The translations under genes were made by a program, and so were the position numbers. From an uncultured Gammaproteobacteria bacterium (lineage in GTDB: Bacteria > Patescibacteriota > Patescibacteriia > UBA9934 > GWF2-40-263), in NCBI GenBank assembly GCA_964399675.1, contig CAYNRK010000005.1, positions 766 through 64,765 on the forward strand: a DNA stretch of 64,000 nt, given 5' to 3'. Shown here piece by piece: positions 57,154 to 64,000 of this stretch. The notes below the pieces were generated by a model. It worked only from the letters and a program-made list of their open reading frames with translations, did no database searches and was not told the DNA's origin. The number at the start of each line of letters is the position of its first letter. Position 1 is the stretch's first letter.

Positions 57154-57229
57154 GGGGGCGTAGCTCAGCGGTTAGAGCGCCAAGCTTATACCTTGGTGGT
57201 CGATGGTTCGAATCCATCCGCCCCCACCA
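57154..57229 (+). tRNA. tRNA-Ile (anticodon TAT/UAU), CCA encoded
   Basis: GGGGGCG-TA-GCTC-AGCGGTTA-GAGC-G-CCAAG-CTTATAC-CTTGG-TGGTC-GATGG-TTCGAAT-CCATC-CGCCCCC-A-CCA. Anticodon-loop positions 34-36 are TAT. Confidence 0.75.
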
Positions 57230-57240
57230 TATATAAACAT

Positions 57241-57687
57241 ATGTTATACAATCTATCATCTTTTGTAATATTTCTCTCGATTTTGTGGTTTTTTGTGTAT
57301 TGGATTTTGGGAGGTGTGTTGTTTGCACTTTTGACCATTTTACGGCTTGGTCGAGTGAAAAAGGTGAGATTTAGCTGTTTGTTTACGATATTGTCAGCAG
57401 CTTGTGGATTTGGAGCAGCTTATTATGGGATGCAATATGCACAAGAATCAGTGAGTATTTGCGTTTCAGAGGCGGTTAATAGGGCACAGACAGTAGCTGC
57501 GGTGTTTGGTTGTGGCTTTTCTGGAGTATTTGGAGCATTCTTGATTGGAGCCGCCATTCTCACTTTTGGTGGGTTTGTGATTTTGGCAATTTCAAAGAGT
57601 AAGGCAAAGCCATGGATTGTATTGGAAGAGGCTGGAGAAGTCGGAGAGGTCGGAGAAGTCCGAGAGGGAAAGAGTAAGTTTTTTTAA
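57241..57687 (+). CDS. Small hypothetical membrane protein between two tRNA genes
   Basis: Start trimmed to MLYNLSSFVIFLSILWFFVYWILGG... ~148 aa with several TM helices and a C-terminal EAGEVGEVGEVREG repeat. The ORF-track version overlaps tRNA-Ile. Confidence 0.3.
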   Translation: MLYNLSSFVIFLSILWFFVYWILGGVLFALLTILRLGRVKKVRFSCLFTILSAACGFGAAYYGMQYAQESVSICVSEAVNRAQTVAAVFGCGFSGVFGAFLIGAAILTFGGFVILAISKSKAKPWIVLEEAGEVGEVGEVREGKSKFF

Positions 57688-57764
57688 GGGCGTATAGCTC
57701 AGTTGGTTAGAGCGTCGCATTGACATTGCGGAGGTCAGAGGTTCGAATCCTCTTACGCCCACCA
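57688..57764 (+). tRNA. tRNA-Val (anticodon GAC), CCA encoded
   Basis: GGGCGTA-TA-GCTC-AGTTGGTTA-GAGC-G-TCGCA-TTGACAT-TGCGA-GGTCAG-AGG-TTCGAAT-CCT-CTTACGCCC-A-CCA. Confidence 0.85.
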
Positions 57765-57765
57765 T

Positions 57766-57868
57766 CCCTCGTCGCTCGACAATGTCGAGCTATGAGGGAT
57801 GCCCCCAACGTAGCTCTTTGAGCGAAGTGGGGCAAAAAATACCGACCTAAGCGTCGGTATTTTTTTTA
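57766..57868. terminator. Two stem-loops after the tRNA cluster; the distal one is a bidirectional terminator
   Basis: ccctc-gtc-gctcgaca-a-tgtcgagc-tat-gaggg (57766..57798), and aaaaaat-accgac-ctaagc-gtcggtat-tttttttt (57836..57868). The cca stop codon (57847-49) sits inside the second. Confidence 0.6.
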
Positions 57869-59184
57869 AGCCATGCAAGTGCTGATGCGCGATTCATTAT
57901 GTCTCCGTCTAATTGTTTGTCGCGTGCTTTGTCCAAAATGATTCTCACCTTTGGTCCGGCTTTGGTTCCGGCTGATAACACATCATCGCCAGAGAGTAGG
58001 GGAGGGATAGGATCGCCTTCTTCTATGTTCCAACGTTTTTGAATTTCGTGTTTTCTTTTTTGGGCAGCGTTTGTTATGTGTTTTTGTCCGGTGAGATCTA
58101 GTGCTGATAAGAGCAAATTTCCATTCCCATTGAAAAACCATTTTTCAAATCGTGATGCTTTCATTGTTTTTACATTCTCAATTAACAAGCCACTGTTTAA
58201 TCTTTCAATAATTTTTTTGATTTGCCCTATCTCAATTCTTCTTGAAGACGACTTTGAAAGTGTTGACAGGCCGGTTAGTTTTACGGTTTTTTCAAAGTCT
58301 TTTTGTGTCAAATCTTTTAATAGCAGGATTATAAATAATGACACACGATGATTTTTTATATTTCCCAGCATTTTTGTATTTCTCGGGCTTGTGCGGAGAT
58401 TAGTAAAAAGAAGATCTAGTATTTTTGTTTCCTGAAGGAGTTCAAAAGTTTTCTGCGGATTTGCATAGATCATTTTGGCAAGTTCTGCGCCAACAATTTC
58501 TCGTGGCACAATAAACTGAAGTTTGTTGTTTACACGACGCTTCTTGTTTATGCTCGCAATATTTTTTTTAATTGCCAAAAATGTTTTCTTTTCTATTTCA
58601 AAATTTAACTCGCATGCAAATCGAAGTGCCCGCAACATCCGTGAGTAATCTTCTTTAAAACGATCGGATGGATTTCCAACCGCTCTGATTAATTTCTTTT
58701 TTAAATCTCTTGTTCCTTTGAACGGGTCGATCAGTTCATTGGTTTTTATATTGAATGCCATTGCATTGATAGTAAAATCTCGACGGGACAAATCATCAGT
58801 AATAGAAAGGGTTGCATCTGTCATAACATTAAAATCTTTATAACCACCGGACTGTTTTTTCTTTGTAGCTTCCTTTCTGGGAAGTGCAATGTCAATGAAA
58901 GGTGTTGATATATTTTTTGGCATGAATTTGTATACACCAAAGTTTTTTCCAACCAGTTGAACCTTGCCGTTTTTTGCAAGAAAATTCTCAATTGACTTTT
59001 TATTCAAGTTGCGTATGACAAAATCAAAATCCAATTCTTTATTTTTTCTTTTAAGCAAAAGGTCACGTACGGCACCGCCAACAAGATAGAGTTCTGCTTT
59101 AGGAAATTCATTAAGAAACTTATCAATAAAAAAAAGAGAATTGGTTTTTTTAAACACTCTTTTAATTTCCTCCTCATGTTTCAT
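57847..59184 (-). CDS. cca: CCA-adding tRNA nucleotidyltransferase (class II, PolyA_pol family)
   Basis: N-terminal ELYLVGGAVRDLLLKRK..DFDFV, RRDFTINAMAF and the PolyA_pol head/neck. 445 aa. Confidence 0.85.
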   Translation of the reverse strand: MKHEEEIKRVFKKTNSLFFIDKFLNEFPKAELYLVGGAVRDLLLKRKNKELDFDFVIRNLNKKSIENFLAKNGKVQLVGKNFGVYKFMPKNISTPFIDIALPRKEATKKKQSGGYKDFNVMTDATLSITDDLSRRDFTINAMAFNIKTNELIDPFKGTRDLKKKLIRAVGNPSDRFKEDYSRMLRALRFACELNFEIEKKTFLAIKKNIASINKKRRVNNKLQFIVPREIVGAELAKMIYANPQKTFELLQETKILDLLFTNLRTSPRNTKMLGNIKNHRVSLFIILLLKDLTQKDFEKTVKLTGLSTLSKSSSRRIEIGQIKKIIERLNSGLLIENVKTMKASRFEKWFFNGNGNLLLSALDLTGQKHITNAAQKRKHEIQKRWNIEEGDPIPPLLSGDDVLSAGTKAGPKVRIILDKARDKQLDGDIMNRASALAWLKKNTDA

Positions 59185-59192
59185 ATTTTTTT

Positions 59193-59332
59193 ACCAACCC
59201 CGGGGGTTGGTAAATAGGTAAGTGGATAACATTTTTTGTCTACAGTAATGTGGTCAAAAATATTATTGCAGACTTATTTTTTCCAAATTTCATAAACAAT
59301 TCGTCTATTTTTTTACCAACCCCGGGGGTTGG
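59193..59332. promoter_or_regulatory. Two copies of a ~30-nt near-palindrome tttttttaccaaccccgggggttggtaaat, 116 bp apart, in a divergent intergenic region
   Basis: Copies at 59186..59219 and 59302..59335. Core taccaacccc|gggggttggta. The first abuts the cca start codon (it would cover the RBS). Candidate operator or RNA-structure element. Confidence 0.4.
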
Positions 59333-59530
59333 TAAATTGTTATGAGAATTGTGAAAAAATCTTCTTTCAAAATACCACACTTCGTCAAGTTTTTTATGGT
59401 GATTTTCTTGGGAATTTATACACAGGGTAATTGTTTGTACCCTATATGTCACCATGATATAATTTTATCGAACTTTTTTGACGCGACCACGTCAATTTAA
59501 ATTTAATTTCGATCTTAAAATTTTTTCATT

Positions 59531-61444
59531 ATGAAAAAGATCGCCGTCCTCTTCCCAACGCTTGCAATCGCCCTTTTCGGCATTGTGGGCATCGGCGTCT
59601 CCACGGTTTTTGCAGCCGGTAGCGCAACTATGAATCTCTCGCCAACGAATGTTTCCGTTGACCCTGGTGAGACATTTACGCTCAGTGTTGTAGTAAATCC
59701 AAATGGAGCATCGCTCGATACAGTGCGACTGAATATCAGATACGATTCAGACGCCATTGAGGCTTTGTCATATGACAACGGAAGCCTCTTTCCATTCCTT
59801 TCTCCAGCTAACGAGATTGATAACGACTCCGATGGAGTTGGAGAACTCAGTTATGGGGCATTCAAATTTGGATCTCCTGTAACAAGCTCTGGTGTTGTAG
59901 GAACTGTTACGTTCCGCGCACTGACTGGCGGAAGCCATACTGTAACCGTGAACAGCACATCAAAGCTGATCTCTGACGGAATTGAAAAACTTAATACAAG
60001 CAACTTGGGATCAACAAGCGTTTCTGTTAGTGGCGGAAGTGCAGATAAGACACAGCTTACAGACACACCAACAGCAGACGTCACAATTGGTGGCGAAACA
60101 GAAGAGGATGCAACTGATGAAGAAAATGCTCTTACATATTTCACCGCTCTTGCAGGCCGCACCCCATCAACGCTAGAAGATTGGGACATGCACCAGTGCA
60201 TAATTGATGACTCCTGTCTTGATGTAAATGCCCGAGACCTTAGTTATGAAAATGCTGCACTTGCTTTCTTTAACAACGTATTCGGAACTAATCCATCTTC
60301 AGCAATGGATTGGAACTCAGTGCATGCACTTGCATATACAAGTGTTGGACAAGGGATTCTGGGGCTTGAACCATTAAGTACTGAAGTAGTGGAAACACCA
60401 ACAGCAACGGAAACTCCCGCAGCAGAGGAAGAGGCTGCTGAGGAAGAAGAAGTCGTGGAAGAAGAAAAAGACTACTCAGTAATGACAGATGTAGAAAAAG
60501 AAGCAACAGCACTTAAGTACTTCGGAGCATTCTACGGACGCATGCCAAGTTCCGGTAATGATTGGGACGCATTGCACTGCATGGCTTATGGCGGATGCCA
60601 AGGTGATCCACGAGATGTAGAGGCAGAAGCAGCAGCTCTTGAAACTTATGGAGCTAAGTACGGCAAGATGCCGGAAACAACAATTGAATGGAACACACTC
60701 CACGTTCTTGCTTACACAGATTTGTTGCAAGCAGGAGAAGAAGAGGTCGGAGAGGTTGAAGAGGTCGAAGAAGTCGAAGAGGTTGTCGAAGAGGAAGTGG
60801 TTGTTGAAGAGGTAGTTGAGGAAGTTGTTGAGGAAGAAGAAAAAGACTACTCAGTAATGACAGATGTAGAAAAAGAAGCAACAGCACTTAAGTACTTCGG
60901 AGCATTCTACGGACGCATGCCAAGTTCCGGTAATGATTGGGACGCATTGCACTGCATGGCTTATGGCGGATGCCAAGGTGATCCACGAGATGTAGAGGCA
61001 GAAGCAGCAGCTCTTGAAACTTATGGAGCTAAGTACGGCAAGATGCCGGAAACAACAATTGAATGGAACACACTCCACGTTCTTGCTTACACAGATTTGT
61101 TGCAAGCAGGAGAAGAAGAGGTCGGAGAGGTTGAAGAGGTCGAAGAAGTCGAAGAGGTTGTCGAAGAGGAAGTGGTTGAAGGAGAAGTTGTTGAGGAAGA
61201 ATCAGATGAACTTACTGATGAAGATGCAATCGGTCTTTATGGACAGATTTATGGAGAGTTGCCAGGGGATGGAAATAGCGGCTGGTCTTTCGTTGACATT
61301 GCTGTGAATGGATACACAGGCGAACGAGATCTGGATGCTGAAGCAGCAGCACTTGAAACTTACACCTCAACCTTTAATAGTCTTCCTGCAAGTGATTCAG
61401 ATTGGAGAGTAATGGATGCAATCGCTTATTCAACAACTAGTTAA
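59531..61444 (+). CDS. Secreted protein with N-terminal cohesin-like domain and repeated acidic ~40-aa C-terminal modules
   Basis: Signal peptide. Cohesin-like beta-sandwich pattern (ATMNLSPTNVSVDPGETFTLSVVVNPNGASLDTVRLNIRYDSDAIEAL..GVVGTVTFRALTGGSHTVTV). Then at least 6 copies of a module E..AL.YF...YGR.P....DW..LH..AY... separated by EEV acidic linkers. Confidence 0.55.
   Translation: MKKIAVLFPTLAIALFGIVGIGVSTVFAAGSATMNLSPTNVSVDPGETFTLSVVVNPNGASLDTVRLNIRYDSDAIEALSYDNGSLFPFLSPANEIDNDSDGVGELSYGAFKFGSPVTSSGVVGTVTFRALTGGSHTVTVNSTSKLISDGIEKLNTSNLGSTSVSVSGGSADKTQLTDTPTADVTIGGETEEDATDEENALTYFTALAGRTPSTLEDWDMHQCIIDDSCLDVNARDLSYENAALAFFNNVFGTNPSSAMDWNSVHALAYTSVGQGILGLEPLSTEVVETPTATETPAAEEEAAEEEEVVEEEKDYSVMTDVEKEATALKYFGAFYGRMPSSGNDWDALHCMAYGGCQGDPRDVEAEAAALETYGAKYGKMPETTIEWNTLHVLAYTDLLQAGEEEVGEVEEVEEVEEVVEEEVVVEEVVEEVVEEEEKDYSVMTDVEKEATALKYFGAFYGRMPSSGNDWDALHCMAYGGCQGDPRDVEAEAAALETYGAKYGKMPETTIEWNTLHVLAYTDLLQAGEEEVGEVEEVEEVEEVVEEEVVEGEVVEEESDELTDEDAIGLYGQIYGELPGDGNSGWSFVDIAVNGYTGERDLDAEAAALETYTSTFNSLPASDSDWRVMDAIAYSTTS
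60461..61180 (+). repeat. Perfect 375-bp tandem duplication inside 59531..61444
   Basis: gaagaaaaagactactcagtaatgacag... recurs exactly 375 nt later (60461 vs 60836). The antisense ORFs 60476..60730 and 60851..61105 are identical 84-mers. The second copy diverges after ~340 nt. Confidence 0.85.
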
Positions 61445-61464
61445 TTTACGGAGGCACAAGCGAT

Positions 61465-62313
61465 ATGAAATACAACATTCTCATCCTAGCCCTCGCACTC
61501 GTGATGTTTCCGTTCGGAGTATTTGCAGCAAAATCAAGCACAAGCTACATATTGGATCCTGCTGACAACGTTACGACAATACACCACTCAGTAAGCTCAA
61601 CAAGTTATGCGATTGACGGCTCTCTTGACCCAATGACCGGCAGTCTCTCGTCCACTTCATATGCTATTGAATCAGGTGATGCAGCTCGATTCTTTTGCGG
61701 AGACGGATTCGTAGATTCCGGCGAAGATTGTGACAGTGACGATTTATTAAACGGCGGAACATGTGTAAGCGAAGGATTCTCAAGCGGAACACTAACTTGT
61801 TCATCAACCTGTGCATACGTCACCACTTCCTGTAACTCCGGAGGCGGCGGAGGCGGCGGAGGCGGAGGTGGAGGCGGCGGTAGTGTTACCGTGCCAAACC
61901 CGGCAACTGTTTCAAGTGAAATTACAGGTCTGGAATTCACTTACAGTTCAAGCATGCTTCTTTATGGAGGCAAAACAGTAAGTGCATCAGGTGTAAAAAT
62001 TAACACCTCAACATCCGGGGTTACATATCCGAACTCAACTTCCTGGCAGAAAACAGTTTCACTTTCTTACAGATCCAACTCATTTGACATTGTTGCATTC
62101 AGTGGTGGTGGAAGTGCGGCAACAACAACCTATGAAATTTACAGGCGATTGATTGGAGATCTTACTGAGGACAACACAGTAGACGACTATGACCTTAGTA
62201 AGTTCGTTGGACTGTGGGGAGGTTCGGACAGAGCAGGGGACTTTAATGAAGATAGTACAGTTGATGATTACGACTTCTCAATGTTAGTTGCTCGTTGGGG
62301 AACATCGGTTTAA
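61465..62313 (+). CDS. Secreted protein with Cys-rich module, poly-Gly linker and C-terminal dockerin-like repeat pair
   Basis: Signal peptide. CGDGFVDSGEDCDSDD..TCVSEG..CSSTCAYVTTSC Cys-rich repeat, then a G14 linker. C-terminal GDLTEDNTVDDYDLSKFV / GDFNEDSTVDDYDFSMLV are two calcium-binding dockerin-type segments. Confidence 0.55.
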   Translation: MKYNILILALALVMFPFGVFAAKSSTSYILDPADNVTTIHHSVSSTSYAIDGSLDPMTGSLSSTSYAIESGDAARFFCGDGFVDSGEDCDSDDLLNGGTCVSEGFSSGTLTCSSTCAYVTTSCNSGGGGGGGGGGGGGGSVTVPNPATVSSEITGLEFTYSSSMLLYGGKTVSASGVKINTSTSGVTYPNSTSWQKTVSLSYRSNSFDIVAFSGGGSAATTTYEIYRRLIGDLTEDNTVDDYDLSKFVGLWGGSDRAGDFNEDSTVDDYDFSMLVARWGTSV

Positions 62314-62334
62314 AGGGGGCAAGATGAATAAATT

Positions 62335-63522
62335 ATGAAACAATTTTTAACCGGACTGATGATCTTGAGTGTCATGGTGTTGATCGCACCAGTGGCACAA
62401 GCAGCAAGCGCAACCATGAGTCTTAGTACAGATGTACAGACAATTCAGAGGGGACAAACGTTTGATGTAGTGATCGGAGTGAATCCAAACGGCGAAGAGC
62501 TCGATACAGCAAGAGCTGTTATAACCTTTACTCCAGGAGTGCTCAGTATTGAAGATTCAGAACTAACAGGATCGTTTAATCGAACCTCGCCAGGGAATTC
62601 AGCCAACAATTCAACAGGGAAACTTTCACTAGGGGGTTTCACTCTTGAAGGGCCGATCACAAGATCAGGAGAGTATGCGCGAGCAAGTTTCAGAGCACAG
62701 CAAACAGGCACTGCAACAATCACAGTTTCACCGGACTCAAGACTTATTTCAGCAGGGGAAGAAAAGATTGACACAGCATTTGTTTCATCAGTTGAGATAA
62801 CTGTGGAAGATGCACAAGACGATCAGGAAGTAGCAAGACTGGCAGTGAGCTCAGACTCACACAAAAACCCTGCCATTTGGTATAGCAACAACACGGTTGA
62901 TCTCTCATGGGAGGTTAACCAAGCTGGAGCAACAGATTTAACAGGATTTTATGTAACATTTGACCAACAATCTGACACAGACCCAACAGTATTTGTAAGC
63001 GCTTCGACTTTAAGCCGAACATACTCGGACGTTGAAGATGGTGTGTGGTACTTCCACATCAAAGGCCAGCACGAGAATGGTAAACAAACAAAAACCGTTC
63101 ATCGTCGCGTGGCAGTTGACACAACACCACCAAACGAACTTGCAGTAACGTTTAGCTACTCTCAATTACTTGAGACAGAAACAACAGAAGCATTTTTTGG
63201 AACAACAGACGATACTTCCGGAGTTCTCTACTATGAGGCAGCGATTAATCGTGGGGCATTTGAGCCACATGTTAGTCCGCTTACTTTAGGAAACATGCCA
63301 GTGGGAACATATTTTGTTGAAGTCAAAGCAATTGATAAAGCAGGTAATGAAATTTTTGGGTCAAACACCTTACGAGTTTATCCAAAAGGAACAGAATTAA
63401 TTAGACCGGAAGAAACAGAAAAATCTGGCCTAACAAATAGAATGAAGATTTTGATAACTGTTGTGTTGGGAGCTCTCATCCTCTTTACAATAATTTATGG
63501 AATTAAAAAAAGAAAAAATTAA
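62335..63522 (+). CDS. Cell-surface protein with N-terminal cohesin-like domain, Ig/FN3-like repeats and C-terminal TM anchor
   Basis: Signal peptide. N-domain parallels that of 59531 (ATMSLSTDVQTIQRGQTFDVVIGVNPNGEELDTARAVITF..GEYARASFRAQQTGTATITV). C-terminal MKILITVVLGALILFTIIYGIKKRKN TM segment with a basic tail. Confidence 0.5.
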   Translation: MKQFLTGLMILSVMVLIAPVAQAASATMSLSTDVQTIQRGQTFDVVIGVNPNGEELDTARAVITFTPGVLSIEDSELTGSFNRTSPGNSANNSTGKLSLGGFTLEGPITRSGEYARASFRAQQTGTATITVSPDSRLISAGEEKIDTAFVSSVEITVEDAQDDQEVARLAVSSDSHKNPAIWYSNNTVDLSWEVNQAGATDLTGFYVTFDQQSDTDPTVFVSASTLSRTYSDVEDGVWYFHIKGQHENGKQTKTVHRRVAVDTTPPNELAVTFSYSQLLETETTEAFFGTTDDTSGVLYYEAAINRGAFEPHVSPLTLGNMPVGTYFVEVKAIDKAGNEIFGSNTLRVYPKGTELIRPEETEKSGLTNRMKILITVVLGALILFTIIYGIKKRKN

Positions 63523-63688
63523 TAAACAATAATAAATATCACCAAGTCTTAAAAAATTAAGGCTTGGTGATTGAGTCGTTTGAGGAATTTTTCATCAACC
63601 GACTTGATTACCAAGCCGAGTGTGAGTATGACCACTCACGCTCAGTCAAATTTTAAAAAATTAATTGCATATACAAATAAAAAAAAGT

Positions 63689-64000
63689 ATGCGCGTCGCC
63701 AAAACACTTCTAAACACTTTCGTCGGAATCTCCCTGGTGTTTTACACACTAGCCATTGGAATTCTGGCAACACCGCTTGCTGCAGAAGCTGCAACAACCG
63801 GTATCCCAGATACAATCACGTATCAGGGTCGATTAAAAAATTCAAGTGGTGCTGCCTTAACAGGTACGTACGACTTTATTTTCTATCTGTACGATGCTTC
63901 TACAGGTGGAACTTTAACAGCAACTGTCACAAAGGATGATGTAACAGTAACAAGTGGTTATTTTACAACATCACTCAGCTTTGATGACACGATTTCTGAT
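63689..64000 (+). CDS. Hypothetical secreted protein (partial; runs off the window end)
   Basis: MRVAKTLLNTFVGISLVFYTLAIGILATPLAAEAATTGIPDTITYQGRLKNSSGAALTGTYDFIFYLYDASTGG.. Signal peptide. Open in frame 2 to the end of the window. Confidence 0.4.
   Translation, partial: MRVAKTLLNTFVGISLVFYTLAIGILATPLAAEAATTGIPDTITYQGRLKNSSGAALTGTYDFIFYLYDASTGGTLTATVTKDDVTVTSGYFTTSLSFDDTISD

Noticed and set aside
57017-57328. 103-aa minus-strand ORF
   Set aside because: Overlaps tRNA-Ile on the opposite strand; no support.
59240-59455. 71-aa minus-strand ORF
   Set aside because: Exists only because it spans the second palindromic motif (..LPTPGVGKK..). It lies in the divergent intergenic region.
60461-61180. 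Possible CRISPR-like regular repeats
   Set aside because: The periodicity is a 375-bp in-frame protein-coding tandem duplication with no short repeat-spacer structure. No CRISPR array was found anywhere in the window.
63571-63939. 122-aa plus-strand ORF
   Set aside because: Out of frame with the better-supported frame-2 ORF starting at 63689 (signal peptide, open to the window end).

Overview
Low-GC (roughly 35-40% by eye) bacterial chromosomal segment whose gene content looks like a small-genome uncultivated lineage; a CPR/Patescibacteria-like origin is inference only. Several GC-rich islands (about 2100-10400, 21300-22650, 35224-35973, 39062-40380) interrupt it. Main contents, in order: (1) a decayed DGR-type reverse transcriptase at the window start; (2) a WbaP-type sugar transferase; (3) four tandem paralogous exported/lipoprotein genes of unknown function, each with its own TTGACA-17-TATCTT promoter, a conserved 5' leader and its own terminator; (4) housekeeping genes trpS, rnj, tRNA-Leu, an oligopeptide-binding protein, secG, and a DsbA-like CPYS-motif gene coupled to a Cys-rich pilin-like protein, then uvrA; (5) a complete diversity-generating retroelement: target gene with C-terminal VR, TR with adenine-specific mismatches, an Avd-like gene on the opposite strand, and an RT with the LGxxxSQ motif, bounded by 22-bp direct repeats; (6) rplS and an NMP kinase, followed by a glycan biosynthesis locus of roughly 28 kb (two initiating sugar transferases, many GT2/GT4, a flippase, gmd/fcl, NUDIX, carbamoyltransferase, methyltransferases, a frameshifted ugd, an epimerase, two Wzy-like/TPR paralogs), interrupted by an IS110/IS1111-family element inserted into the 3' end of a glycosyltransferase gene; (7) rluD-family, tRNA-Ile(TAT), tRNA-Val(GAC), cca; (8) a cohesin-like/dockerin-like surface-protein cluster containing a perfect 375-bp tandem duplication. 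No CRISPR array and no rRNA seen.
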